Below the pieces are notes generated by a model. That model searched no databases and was not told the DNA's origin. It saw only the letters and a list, made by a program, of their open reading frames with translations. The position numbers and the translations under genes are program-made. DNA of 64,000 nucleotides from Eubacteriales bacterium. GTDB taxonomy: Bacteria > Bacillota > Clostridia > Oscillospirales > CAG-272. Where the stretch lies: positions 146,881-210,880 of the forward strand of contig JAZPYO010000034.1 of the NCBI GenBank assembly GCA_045544195.1, in the 5' to 3' direction. Below are positions 46,909 to 57,166 of the stretch, piece after piece; positions within the stretch are counted from its first letter, which is position 1; each line of letters opens with the position of its first letter.

Positions 46909-46938
46909 TTGACAAACATAAGCGATAAATGGTATGAT
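46909..46938 (+). promoter_or_regulatory. putative sigma-70 promoter TTGACA-18-TATGAT for the Nif3/rqcH unit
   Basis: TTGACA at 46909-46914 and TATGAT at 46933-46938, preceded by TGG. Confidence 0.4.
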
Positions 46939-47026
46939 GAATAGGTCGGAGCTATTGAAATTAAATGCATCTTAATGCTTATTTAACACAATAGAACGAT
47001 AAGCTATGCTTTGAATGGAGATAACT

Positions 47027-47794
47027 ATGCTTACAAATTCACTTTACGATTTTCTTGAAAGCAAATTACCTAAAACACTGTCGTGTTCTTGGGATCATGA
47101 CGGACTCGGCGTTTTACCGTCAGAATCCCACACAACAAATAAGGCACTTCTTGCCGTTGATATAACGATGAACGTACTGAAATACGCTAAGGAAAACGGA
47201 TTTGATACTGTAATATCACATCACGCGATCAATTTTTCAAAAATCCCTGAGCTTACAGGACGTGATGTTATAGGAAAGCGCGCATTGTACGCATATACGA
47301 ACGGAATTGCCGTTATGGGCTTTCACACAAGGCTTGATGCATCGGAATACGGGATCAATATGCTCACCGCACAGCGTCTGGGCCTTACGGATATTACCGT
47401 TTTCGAGCACGGCGGCGAACGTCTCGGATACACAGGAAGATTCGACGGCGGCATTGATTTTGACAAAATACTTGAAGATTACAAGGCTCTTACAGGCTCT
47501 CCCTGCCCGGCGTATGTAAAGGCAAAGGAAAAAATCGAAACTGCGTTAGTCGTATGCGGCGCATACAGCGAGGGAGCGTATGTTTCTTCAGAGATCGGAG
47601 TAGATCTGTTCATTTCAGGTGAGATCAAACACCACGCGTTGCTCGATGCTTACGATATGGGTGTTTCGTGCATCGGCGCAGACCATTTTCATTCAGAAAA
47701 AATATCTCTGGAGTGCCTGAAGCTGATACTTTCAGAACGACCCATACAAATAGAAATATATCCTTTTGAAAGCGAGATCAATTATGCCGTTTGA
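47027..47794 (+). CDS. Nif3-like dinuclear metal centre protein
   Basis: I prefer the ATG at 47027 (GGAGA RBS) over 47015. Family motifs: WDHDGLG, ISHHA, GADHFHSE. Confidence 0.8.
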   Translation: MLTNSLYDFLESKLPKTLSCSWDHDGLGVLPSESHTTNKALLAVDITMNVLKYAKENGFDTVISHHAINFSKIPELTGRDVIGKRALYAYTNGIAVMGFHTRLDASEYGINMLTAQRLGLTDITVFEHGGERLGYTGRFDGGIDFDKILEDYKALTGSPCPAYVKAKEKIETALVVCGAYSEGAYVSSEIGVDLFISGEIKHHALLDAYDMGVSCIGADHFHSEKISLECLKLILSERPIQIEIYPFESEINYAV

Positions 47795-49499
47795 CGGTGG
47801 AATGACGTGTGCTGTCGTACACGAGCTATCTCAAAGTGCGATCGGTGCAAAGATAGAAAAGGTGTATGTACCGTGCAAGGATGAGCTTGTACTTCTTCTT
47901 CATACTAAGGATGGCGCAAAAAGACTTTCTCTGTGTGCATCCGCACACACTCCGAGAATAAACTTTACTAATATTGCAAAGGAAAACCCGAAAGAGCCGA
48001 GCGCCTTTTGCATGCATATGCGTAAGCATCTTATCGGTGCAAGAATAACGGGCGTTTTGCAGATAGATTTTGACAGGATCGTTATGATAACGATGAGCAG
48101 CGTTGATGAGCTTGGATTTCCTACGGAAAAGCGTCTGTATTGCGAAATAATGGGCAAGTACAGTAATATCATTCTGACTGATGGAAGCGACCGTATAATA
48201 AACGTTATAAAGACCGTTGATTTCACAACAAGCTCAAAGCGTCAGCTTTTGCCCGGAATGACTTACTCGCTTCCGCCGTCGCAGGACAAAAGAAATCCGC
48301 TGAATGAAACGAAAGAGGCTTTCTTTGATCTTGCCTTGCAAAAGGATGATCTGACAGAGTCGTTCTTTATGCAAGAGTATCAGGGAATTTCTCCGCTTGT
48401 AAGCCGTGAACTATTCCATCTTTCCGGCACAGACTGTGAAAAAATGTGGTTCTATTTCAGCATTTACATAGATAATGCAAGATCAGGACGGCTTACTGCA
48501 TATATGCTCAAGGACGAATCTGACAAGATATGCGAATTTACCGTAATGCAGATAACACATTACGGTAAAAGCCGTACTTGCGTCCAGTACCCATCATTCA
48601 GCGAGCTTATAGATGCTTTTTATGAGGGAAAAGAAAAAAATGAGCGTATCAAGCAGCTTGCAGGTGACGTTTTCAATCTTCTTTCAAATGCAGAAGCACG
48701 GCTGAAAAAGAAGATAGCAACCTTGAAGCAGGAGCTTTCAGATACACGTCAGATGGAAATATTCAAGCTCTACGGCGACCTTATAACCGCTAATATGTAT
48801 GCACTCTCAAGAGGAATGACGAAGGCGGAGCTTGTGAATTATTACGATGAAAATGCACCCGTAATAACAATTCCGCTTGACAGCAGACTTTCTCCGTCGG
48901 CAAATGCACAGAGGTACTATAAAAAATACGCAAAGCTCAAAACCGCAACCGTTCATCTGACAGAGCAGATCGCAATAGCCAAAAAGGAGCTTGACTATAT
49001 TTATACCGTTTTTGACTCTCTTACAAAGGCTGACGGCGAATCGGATATAGCTCAGATAAGGCACGAATTGTATCTGTCCGGCTACGCTTCAAGAATGAAA
49101 AGCGGCATTCAGCAAAAGAATATCAGATCATCACCGTTAAAATTCATAACTGAAAACGGATATGAGGTTATGATCGGTAAGAACAATACTCAAAACGATA
49201 CATTAACGCTTAAGACCGCATCGCCGTACGATTGGTTCTTTCACGTCAAGGACGCTCCGGGCAGCCACGTAATACTTTTTTCAAAGGGCGAAGAGCCTGA
49301 AGGCGTTGATTTCACACAAGCAGCAGAGGCGGCGGCATATTATTCAACAATGCGGGAAGGAGAAAATGTTCAGGTCGATTACACACAGGTGAAGAATATT
49401 AAAAAGCCCTCAGGCTCAAAGCCGGGCTTTGTCATTTACAAGACGAATTATTCAGCTGTTGTAACGCCGCATGATCACGTAAAGAAAAATGGATCTTAA
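47784..49499 (+). CDS. rqcH: NFACT-family ribosome quality control protein (RqcH/FbpA-like)
   Basis: ATG at 47784 (MPFDGGMTCAVVHEL, NFACT-N). A coiled-coil middle region, then NFACT-R DWFFHVKDAPGSHVIL. Confidence 0.85.
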   Translation: MPFDGGMTCAVVHELSQSAIGAKIEKVYVPCKDELVLLLHTKDGAKRLSLCASAHTPRINFTNIAKENPKEPSAFCMHMRKHLIGARITGVLQIDFDRIVMITMSSVDELGFPTEKRLYCEIMGKYSNIILTDGSDRIINVIKTVDFTTSSKRQLLPGMTYSLPPSQDKRNPLNETKEAFFDLALQKDDLTESFFMQEYQGISPLVSRELFHLSGTDCEKMWFYFSIYIDNARSGRLTAYMLKDESDKICEFTVMQITHYGKSRTCVQYPSFSELIDAFYEGKEKNERIKQLAGDVFNLLSNAEARLKKKIATLKQELSDTRQMEIFKLYGDLITANMYALSRGMTKAELVNYYDENAPVITIPLDSRLSPSANAQRYYKKYAKLKTATVHLTEQIAIAKKELDYIYTVFDSLTKADGESDIAQIRHELYLSGYASRMKSGIQQKNIRSSPLKFITENGYEVMIGKNNTQNDTLTLKTASPYDWFFHVKDAPGSHVILFSKGEEPEGVDFTQAAEAAAYYSTMREGENVQVDYTQVKNIKKPSGSKPGFVIYKTNYSAVVTPHDHVKKNGS

Positions 49500-50226
49500 A
49501 TTACCGAAAATGATACTGTTCGACTATGGCAACACGCTTATCTGCGAGGCGGGCTGGAACACCTTAAAGGGTCAGATGGCTGTGTTTGAGCACGTGATAA
49601 AAAATCCTCATAATGCGACAGCAAAGGACGCAGACGAGTTTGCCTTGCGTGAATACGAATACAATCTTTCACAGTCACGTGATGAATGTATAGAGATACA
49701 CGAAAGACAGTTTATGCAGCTTATGTATGACTATCTCGGAGTCGAATTCGACGTTCCCCTTGAAGAAATAGAGGAAATATTCTGGAATGCGACGTCAGAC
49801 GGCGATATTATGCCGGGTGCTGACAAAATGATAGACTTTATAAACAGTCTTGGTATAAGAAGCGGCGTTGTAAGCAACATCGGTTTTTCGGGCAAGCTTT
49901 TGACAAAAAGAATAAACAGATTTTTGCCGAATAACAAATTTGAGTTTATACTCGCTTCAAGCGAATATGCGTACAGAAAGCCGCACAAAATGATATTTGA
50001 CATTGCTCTTAAAAAAGCGAATTTGCCTGCAAATGATATCTGGTTTTGCGGCGATCACACTATATGCGACATAACAGGATCGCACAACATGGGTATGTTT
50101 CCCGTAAGATACGATGAAAGATGCATAGAAAATCTCTGGGCAGGTCCAAAGGATATAAATCTTCCATTCGATCATCTTCATATCAATACGTGGGACGAAT
50201 TTATTGATATTCTCAGATCAATTTGA
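49489..50226 (+). CDS. HAD superfamily hydrolase
   Basis: 245 aa. Motif I variant MILFDYGNTL, motif III K (YRKP), and motif IV GDHTICDI. Confidence 0.65.
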   Translation: MDLKLPKMILFDYGNTLICEAGWNTLKGQMAVFEHVIKNPHNATAKDADEFALREYEYNLSQSRDECIEIHERQFMQLMYDYLGVEFDVPLEEIEEIFWNATSDGDIMPGADKMIDFINSLGIRSGVVSNIGFSGKLLTKRINRFLPNNKFEFILASSEYAYRKPHKMIFDIALKKANLPANDIWFCGDHTICDITGSHNMGMFPVRYDERCIENLWAGPKDINLPFDHLHINTWDEFIDILRSI

Positions 50227-50235
50227 ATTAAACAA

Positions 50236-50283
50236 CAAAAATGCTCTTTGAACAACTTTACGTTATTCAAAGAGCATTTTTTT
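50236..50283. terminator. bidirectional terminator hairpin
   Basis: AAAAATGCTCTTTGAA (50236-50251) pairs with TTCAAAGAGCATTTTT (50266-50281). Confidence 0.85.
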
Positions 50284-50287
50284 AATT

Positions 50288-51772
50288 TCAAGATGATTGA
50301 TTTTGAGCGATCTTGTCTATATCATCCTGCATATAGCTTATCGCCCTTTTCATAGAACGCTTGTACAGTGTTGCAAACGATGTTTGATCCTGCATAAGCA
50401 GCGTTGAAAATGCATTTCCGAGACCGCCCCAGTTAAACATATGAAATCCGCCGAGGTCGAATGTTCTTGAAGCAAGAATTATATCAAGCATTTCGCTTGA
50501 TTCCTCATCTCTGAACGATTTGCCCGTAAGTGCGATATCGTAATACGCAGGGGTAAGTGTATACATTGATTTTGCCGACATTGCTTCAACGAGCGCTGCA
50601 ACATTCTCAACGTTTTTGCACGTATACGGAATACTGAGCAATGCGGTAGTTGAATGAACGAAATGTCCGTAGTTCTTTTGAGATGACTCAAATTTCGGGA
50701 ACGGAAGTATGCCGAAATTGATATCCATCGTGCGAAGTCTAAGCGCAAGCTGTAATACCTCTGCCAAAAACAGCGATCTTCCCGACTCAAAAACCTGCTG
50801 AGTTTCAACGGAAGAAAGCCCCGATCTGTCAGAAGAAAATACTACCGATTGGTCTGTCCATAATAATACGCTCTTTTCAAGAACTCTCGTTATGTAATCA
50901 ACGTACGATGATGAGGTGTCGAAATAAGGAAGGTCAGATTCATCCTTTGATACAACCGATTTTCCACTTGCATAGAACAGTGCCTCGCACGTTGAATTGT
51001 GCGTAGACATTCCGAATGTATCAGAATCCCATTCAACAACGCCGTCGCCGTCGTCGTGAGCAACGAGCTGCATCATTTCAAGAAATCTGTCAAATGTCCA
51101 TGTATTGTTTTTGACCTCCGCATACGGATCAAGACCGTACTGTGCTGCAAGCTGCTTATTGAACATCATTATCCAGGTGGCATCATTATCCATAATGGAA
51201 ATATCACCTGTGGCAAAATAGTTTGAGCCTGAAATGGAGCAATTTACTCTCATAGTCTGATCCCACCATGGCTGCGAAAGATCAAGGTATTCAAGATCGT
51301 TAAGATCGACCAGAAGCTGATCCTGCATGAGAGTTATAGTAGAAGCAGTATTGCACATAAGCACCTGAAATTCATCAAGACCGCTTTTTATACTGTTTCT
51401 TGCAGTGCTTCCGGGGGTATCGGTTGCGACCTCTTTGATCTTACAATTATACTTTGCCTCAATGAATGAGTTTCTTTTGAATACAGCGGAAACTACGGGA
51501 TCATCGCTGTCACTTTCCGCGAAAATATCCTTGGAACGCCAATCGGCATTATTTACGCCCTCACCCATAACAAGAAACGTTATATCGCTTCCTCCAAAAT
51601 CGAGATTTTCGGGAAGATAATCCGGGTAAAGCTCATCATTCTGAAGCTGTGTCGTCTCGCTTGGCAAGTCTTCTTTTTCGCTGTTTGAGCAAGCAGCAAG
51701 TGATATTAATGAAAGCACCGTGACAGTAGCCAAAAAGAGCGAAAGGCAACGTTTTTTATTCAACTTATTCAC
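50288..51772 (-). CDS. ABC-transporter extracellular solute-binding lipoprotein (sugar-type), orphan
   Basis: 494 aa with the lipobox SLAAC. Size and composition fit a family-1 solute-binding protein. No permease or ATPase gene is adjacent. Confidence 0.65.
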   Translation of the reverse strand: MNKLNKKRCLSLFLATVTVLSLISLAACSNSEKEDLPSETTQLQNDELYPDYLPENLDFGGSDITFLVMGEGVNNADWRSKDIFAESDSDDPVVSAVFKRNSFIEAKYNCKIKEVATDTPGSTARNSIKSGLDEFQVLMCNTASTITLMQDQLLVDLNDLEYLDLSQPWWDQTMRVNCSISGSNYFATGDISIMDNDATWIMMFNKQLAAQYGLDPYAEVKNNTWTFDRFLEMMQLVAHDDGDGVVEWDSDTFGMSTHNSTCEALFYASGKSVVSKDESDLPYFDTSSSYVDYITRVLEKSVLLWTDQSVVFSSDRSGLSSVETQQVFESGRSLFLAEVLQLALRLRTMDINFGILPFPKFESSQKNYGHFVHSTTALLSIPYTCKNVENVAALVEAMSAKSMYTLTPAYYDIALTGKSFRDEESSEMLDIILASRTFDLGGFHMFNWGGLGNAFSTLLMQDQTSFATLYKRSMKRAISYMQDDIDKIAQNQSS

Positions 51773-51776
51773 CTCT

Positions 51777-52493
51777 TCAAAGCGTTTTCAGATATTCAAA
51801 GCAAGCTGTACATTCCTCAACACCGCTCGGTGTAAGCGTTTCACTCTCCACTATTATATCAATACCCATTTCAATTGCTTTCTTGTGAACCGCAGCAACA
51901 GGAGCCTGACCCATTCCGAGCGGCATTCCTTTGCCGTCGGCAAGACCGTCCTTGAGATGTATGCATATCAGTCTGTCCTTATACCTTTCGAGTGTTTCTA
52001 TAGGATCAAGTCCTGCGTGGAACACCCAAAATGTATCTATCTCAAGGAATAATGACGTTTTTTCAATTATATCCTTGTACGGAACGGAGCCATCGGTATT
52101 GACCTTGAATTCACCGCTGTGATTGTGAAATGCAAGACGTATGCCTTCCTTTTCCAGCATAGGCTGATACTTATTCACAAGAACACAGAATTCGTCGATC
52201 TTGCTCTGATCTGAAAGATCATGGATCGGGATTATATAGTTCTTGTTTCCTATTGCCTTATGAAAAGCAACGGTTTCATCATAATTCTGAATAAGCTCGT
52301 GCAAGCCTGTGTGCGTGCCGAAAAGCTCAATATCATTTTCGGAAAGAAACTTGTTTACTTCTTCGGCGCTATGCCCGAAAAAACCTGCAAATTCTATCAT
52401 TTTATAACCGATCTGCGACGCTTTTTTTACAGCACCCTCAAAATCGGTCTGTGCAAGATCACGCATACTGTAAAGCTGAATACCGTATTTCAT
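51777..52493 (-). CDS. sugar phosphate isomerase/epimerase (xylose-isomerase-like TIM barrel)
   Basis: I prefer the ATG at 52493 (MKYGIQLYSMRD). Other motifs: IEFAGFFGH and HNHSGEF. Confidence 0.75.
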   Translation of the reverse strand: MKYGIQLYSMRDLAQTDFEGAVKKASQIGYKMIEFAGFFGHSAEEVNKFLSENDIELFGTHTGLHELIQNYDETVAFHKAIGNKNYIIPIHDLSDQSKIDEFCVLVNKYQPMLEKEGIRLAFHNHSGEFKVNTDGSVPYKDIIEKTSLFLEIDTFWVFHAGLDPIETLERYKDRLICIHLKDGLADGKGMPLGMGQAPVAAVHKKAIEMGIDIIVESETLTPSGVEECTACFEYLKTL

Positions 52494-52511
52494 AATCAAA
52501 TACCGCTTTCT

Positions 52512-52982
52512 TTATATGATCTCTATTTTTTCTATCTTCTGAGGTACAATGGGTTTATCGGAAAAATCGGTACTCACGCTTGCGATCTCGTCAAGAACAT
52601 CAAAGCCTTCAACGAGCTTGCCGAAAGCAGCGTAAGATCCGTCAAGATGCGGAGCATCCTCATGCATAATAAAGAACTGCGAGCCTGCCGAATCAGGATC
52701 AGGTGTGCGAGCCATTGAAATAACACCTCTCGTGTGCTTCAGATCGTTTTTAACACCGTTTGAGTTGAATTCGCCCTTGATCGTGTAGCCGGGACCGCCT
52801 CTGCCTGTTCCGTGAGGACAACCGCCCTGTATCATAAATCCGGGGATAACTCTGTGAAATATCAATCCGTTATAAAAGCCCTTGTTTATGAGATCTTCAA
52901 AATTTTTAACTGTTATCGGCGCGATTTCAGGATAAAGCTCCAGCTTCATTACGCCGCCGTTTTCCATAGTTATCTGTATCAT
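52512..52982 (-). CDS. cyclophilin-type peptidyl-prolyl isomerase, cytoplasmic
   Basis: 156 aa with an AAGGAG RBS. Motifs: FHRVIPGFMIQGG and SQFFI. Confidence 0.9.
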   Translation of the reverse strand: MIQITMENGGVMKLELYPEIAPITVKNFEDLINKGFYNGLIFHRVIPGFMIQGGCPHGTGRGGPGYTIKGEFNSNGVKNDLKHTRGVISMARTPDPDSAGSQFFIMHEDAPHLDGSYAAFGKLVEGFDVLDEIASVSTDFSDKPIVPQKIEKIEII

Positions 52983-52993
52983 AATATTACTCC

Positions 52994-53635
52994 TTATTCT
53001 TCTACAACTCTGATGCTGTTTATTACAATATCCTTCAAAGGCTTATCATTCTGGTCAACTGTAACATTGCCGAGGTCCTCCAGAACATCAAAGCCTCTTA
53101 TCATCTTGCCAAATCCTGCATACTTGCCGTCAAGAGATGTCTTTGCTGAATTGTCAAGCACGATGAAGAACTGTGAAGTTGCGCTATCCATAAGCGTATC
53201 CTTCTCTCCTGCAGGAGAGCTTGATGTAAGGCTTGACTGACGCGCCATTGAAATTACGCCTGTTGTGTGCGAAAGAGTATTTTCAACACCGTTTTCGGAA
53301 AACTCCCCTTTGATCGCAGTACCTGAACCGCCTGTACCGTCACCCTTGGGGTCACCGCCCTGAACAACGAATCCCTCTACGATCCTATGGAATATCAATC
53401 CGTCATAAAACCCGCTTGTAGCCAGGTCAACAAAATTCTGCACAGTGATAGGAGCTATTTTGGGATACAGCTCAAGCTCCATTTCTCTGCCATCCTGCAA
53501 CAAGATGAGAACATTCACCTTTTCTTTTTCGGTAACATCAAACGTTTTCTGCTTTGCGGGAGTTTTTACGCCACAAGATGTAAAAGCGCACAGCATCAAT
53601 ACAAGTGCCATTGTGATAGAAATAATTCTTTTCAT
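52994..53635 (-). CDS. cyclophilin-type peptidyl-prolyl isomerase, lipoprotein
   Basis: I prefer the ATG at 53635 (MKRIISITMALVLMLCAFTSCG lipobox). FHRIVEGFVVQGG is present. There is a 13-aa insertion relative to the neighbouring paralog, before SQFFIV. Confidence 0.85.
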   Translation of the reverse strand: MKRIISITMALVLMLCAFTSCGVKTPAKQKTFDVTEKEKVNVLILLQDGREMELELYPKIAPITVQNFVDLATSGFYDGLIFHRIVEGFVVQGGDPKGDGTGGSGTAIKGEFSENGVENTLSHTTGVISMARQSSLTSSSPAGEKDTLMDSATSQFFIVLDNSAKTSLDGKYAGFGKMIRGFDVLEDLGNVTVDQNDKPLKDIVINSIRVVEE

Positions 53636-53656
53636 AGTTTTTCCTTTCATATCCGA

Positions 53657-55750
53657 TCAATTTTTAAATCGGTAGTTGAATCTACCGTAAGGCGCTGAGC
53701 ATCCATCAAGATAAAAGTCCATAATATCGCCACTTGTAATATTATCGCTCCATTTGAACTCAATATCCGTACTGCTTTCGCACGTTTTTTTAACATTTAT
53801 CATTTCGCACGGGATCTTCAGCATCAATTTGTTTTTGCGGTATCTTATATCACAAGAGCCCACCTTTTCCCATGTGAATGAGTTTTCATCAGATGTACTG
53901 ACGTATCTTTCAACGGTAGCCTTACCGTTCTTTGGACAAGCTCTGTTAATAACAAAATCAAATCCGTTCCAGCCGTTTTCTGTTCTGTCTGAATTTATAT
54001 ACAGTGTCATCCAGCCATCGCCCTCTGGCTTTGTAAGATCATTTGCGCATTCAACATAAAAATACATATATTCTGCGTCACGGCAAGCCTTTGCGCCGAT
54101 GATCTCGTTTCTTCCCGTGTCATTTTTATAATAACGGCTTCCGAAGCCTCTGCAATCACGCTTTGCCGCCAGGCCCCTGGGATTTTTGTAAAACGGCACA
54201 ACATCCTTCCACTGTGAAAATCCGCCCTTTATATCTATCGTTTTTTCGTGTGTGTTAAGAACTCTCGGATATGCGCCCTTGAATCTGCGGATATTCGCCG
54301 CAAGCTGAAGATAATACGTATCAAGATAACCGTCCTTATCAGGCTCGATATCACGGCTATGCTCTCTGTCATACTGGTCAACAAAGGCAACCTTTGTTGA
54401 TTCCTTATCTCTTATCCACGGCTCGCCAAGACTCATTCCGACAAGCCATTCGTTCCAGCCTGTAACGAATACGGCGTCGGGCGCAGCATCGCATGCTCTG
54501 TCCCACTGCTCCTGGAAATTATAACCGTACTTATAAGAATCCTCACTCAACAGCGAATGACCGTATTTATGCGTATAGCTTCTGCCAAAAGTACCCTTAT
54601 CATTGAAGAATGTACACATACGTTCTGAATTTGCATTCTGCGCAACACCGACAGTCATCATTTCACAGCTGCCGTCAGGACGCTGGCAGTATTTGCTTTG
54701 AGGAGCTATTTCAAGCCAACCCCAATGATCCTTATGGCGATATGATGTTTCTGAAAGCTGATATACCGGCTGCGGAGGACGGAACGTGAAGAATTCCTTT
54801 ATCTCCTTTATCATCAGATCCTCGCTTTCGCACTCACCCTTTTCTGGCAAGCATTCGCTGAACGCCATAATAAGCGGTTTTCCCTCGTGCATATACCACA
54901 GATCACGGTACTTTCCGCATCTGTAAAGATCCTGATATAAGGCGTAAAGCATTCTTACAGATGACTCGATCGGACCGAAATTAAGAATAAAACCGATTTT
55001 TGGAACATTTATACCGTCATCAAGACATCTTTGAAGCTCCGATAAAACGGGCTCATATGCATCACGCCAGAGAAATGCGCCGTTTGTGCAATCGAACATC
55101 ATAAAATCTACACCCGCGGCGGCAAGCATTACAGCGTGACGGCGTACAACATACGCATCGGAATCACGGTAAAAACCGAAAAGCGGCTCATTCCAATGAC
55201 AGCAAGGTCTGCCGCCGCCCCACGCAGAGTGGTCTACATTATATTCAGCATCGGGATACTTATTAAAAAGCTCTGTAAGATTTACAGGCTCCTGGTGCGC
55301 AATACGCTCGTGCCATGTCCAGTAAAATATGCCCACCTTACGATCATTTTTTGCTCCGACATCCTCAACCGACGGAATACGTCTGCCGAGCATATCAACA
55401 GCCTCCCAGCTATCAGCTCCGATCGTATCACCCTTAAGCGCTTTGCTTGCAGAAGTACTCGGATATGTCGGATATTCTTCGGAGAATGAAATGTCGATAA
55501 TATCAGCGTTTTCATCTACTGTAACGACAACGTTATGTACGCCGCTTGTATGATCTATAACAAAGCTGGTCGTATCAACGATACCTGTGCAATTAGCCAG
55601 AGCAGCTCTTGCTATGGTTTTATTTCCCTGCTCCGTTTCTATCTGCACAAGAGCCCAGGCCGTATACTGACCGACCTTGAATTTCATCGTGCAAGAACGC
55701 TTTCCACTGCCGAAATCAACATTTTCAAATTTAAAAACTCTTTCAGTCAT
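53657..55750 (-). CDS. large cytoplasmic protein, possible glycoside-hydrolase-like TIM barrel flanked by beta-sandwich domains (function unknown)
   Basis: I prefer the ATG at 55750 (GAGG RBS). No signal peptide. The central segment GIFYWTWH ... VDFMMFDCTNG ... FVTGWNEW resembles polysaccharide-hydrolase barrels. This assignment is by eye only. Confidence 0.5.
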   Translation of the reverse strand: MTERVFKFENVDFGSGKRSCTMKFKVGQYTAWALVQIETEQGNKTIARAALANCTGIVDTTSFVIDHTSGVHNVVVTVDENADIIDISFSEEYPTYPSTSASKALKGDTIGADSWEAVDMLGRRIPSVEDVGAKNDRKVGIFYWTWHERIAHQEPVNLTELFNKYPDAEYNVDHSAWGGGRPCCHWNEPLFGFYRDSDAYVVRRHAVMLAAAGVDFMMFDCTNGAFLWRDAYEPVLSELQRCLDDGINVPKIGFILNFGPIESSVRMLYALYQDLYRCGKYRDLWYMHEGKPLIMAFSECLPEKGECESEDLMIKEIKEFFTFRPPQPVYQLSETSYRHKDHWGWLEIAPQSKYCQRPDGSCEMMTVGVAQNANSERMCTFFNDKGTFGRSYTHKYGHSLLSEDSYKYGYNFQEQWDRACDAAPDAVFVTGWNEWLVGMSLGEPWIRDKESTKVAFVDQYDREHSRDIEPDKDGYLDTYYLQLAANIRRFKGAYPRVLNTHEKTIDIKGGFSQWKDVVPFYKNPRGLAAKRDCRGFGSRYYKNDTGRNEIIGAKACRDAEYMYFYVECANDLTKPEGDGWMTLYINSDRTENGWNGFDFVINRACPKNGKATVERYVSTSDENSFTWEKVGSCDIRYRKNKLMLKIPCEMINVKKTCESSTDIEFKWSDNITSGDIMDFYLDGCSAPYGRFNYRFKN

Positions 55751-55920
55751 AGTGATCACCTCACAGTTTTTTCTTGTTTGATTTTACCAAAAAAATATCC
55801 TATTGTCAATATAAAAAGGATTAATTATATTGAAATAAAGAGCGTTGGCGGTATATTTTTGCATAATTTAAACCAATACGGAAAAAATAGCTATACAAAT
55901 TAAAAAGAGAGGATCTGCCA

Positions 55921-57123
55921 ATGAGAAAAAAACTAATCTGCAGTATGCTTATACTGTGCGCGCTTTTCACATTATGTACGTATGCAAGCGAGCTTCTGAG
56001 TCCGGGAATGAACTATATTTCAAAGGATCTGAAGATCATCAAGACCTGTTCACACGGTGATGAGATCACATTCAAAAAGAGTGATTTTTCCAATGTGCTC
56101 GGAATTGAAAAATTTGATGACATTACCATCACATCACTTCCCGATGTATCGTCCGGAACGCTTAAATTCGGTAATCTTGATGTTTTTAGCAATCAGGTAA
56201 TTTCGTACAACGGTATCGAATTTTTACGTTTCATTCCTAATAAGGACGGTGCATCGTGCTCGTTCACGTTCAATATTGACGGCAAAAAGGATATTAAATG
56301 CCTTATGTACGTTGTCAGCGGTGATAATTCTTCTCCCACAGGCGAATCGTTCAAATTGAACACTGTATGTAATATACCTGTTTTTTCTTGCATGAGATGC
56401 ACCGATGCTGACGGAGATGAATTGGAATACAAAATAATTTCGCAGCCCGAAAACGGCACGCTTACCGTGACGGATACTGCCATCGGCTCATTTAAATACG
56501 TTCCGTCAGAAAGCTTTACGGGAAAAGACAGCTTCACTTACCGCGCGATAGATAAATACGGCAATAAAAGCGATATTTTCACAGTCTGCATAAAAACAAA
56601 CTCAAATCCGATGGGAATAAATTATTATGATATGGCAGACTCCCCCGCTCAATATGCCTGTATAAATCTTGCACAAAAAAACATCCTTGTTGGCGAAAAG
56701 ATCGGCGACAATATGTATTTTTCACCCGATGAAAAAATAACCAGATGCGATTTTCTTGTTATGAGTATGAAGTGTGCATCTCTCAGTCCCAACGTTTTTA
56801 CGCAAAATCAGATTTCGTTTAAGGATTCAGACACTATACCCGATTTTGCCAAGGGTTATATTGCAAGCGCTGTCAGACTCGGTGTGGACTGTAATTACAA
56901 GCAGTCAGGTGAAAACGTCTTTGCTCCGTTCGAGCCTATATCAGAGCTTGAAGCGTTAGAAATAGCCAATTCGCTGCTTAGTGTCAGCGGCAAAGAACAA
57001 ATAGATCCTGCCATTTTATTTGGCGGAATTATAGAAACGGGCACATTTGCAACTGAAGGCAGAAAGCTTTCCAGAGAAAACTGTGCACTTATCCTGAACC
57101 GGATATGCGATATATGTGAATAA
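55921..57123 (+). CDS. secreted cell-surface protein with cadherin-like/Ig-like repeat and C-terminal SLH-like domains
   Basis: 400 aa with a signal peptide. DADGDELEYKIISQPENGTLTV...FKYVPSESFTGKDSFTYRAIDKYGN is a cadherin-like repeat. MADSPAQYACINLAQKNILVGE is SLH-like. Confidence 0.6.
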   Translation: MRKKLICSMLILCALFTLCTYASELLSPGMNYISKDLKIIKTCSHGDEITFKKSDFSNVLGIEKFDDITITSLPDVSSGTLKFGNLDVFSNQVISYNGIEFLRFIPNKDGASCSFTFNIDGKKDIKCLMYVVSGDNSSPTGESFKLNTVCNIPVFSCMRCTDADGDELEYKIISQPENGTLTVTDTAIGSFKYVPSESFTGKDSFTYRAIDKYGNKSDIFTVCIKTNSNPMGINYYDMADSPAQYACINLAQKNILVGEKIGDNMYFSPDEKITRCDFLVMSMKCASLSPNVFTQNQISFKDSDTIPDFAKGYIASAVRLGVDCNYKQSGENVFAPFEPISELEALEIANSLLSVSGKEQIDPAILFGGIIETGTFATEGRKLSRENCALILNRICDICE

Positions 57124-57130
57124 CAAAACT

Positions 57131-57166
57131 GAGGGCTGCAATAAAATGCAGCCCTCGATTTTTTAT
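57131..57166. terminator. bidirectional terminator hairpin
   Basis: GAGGGCTGCA (57131-57140) pairs with TGCAGCCCTC (57148-57157), followed by a T-run. Confidence 0.8.
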
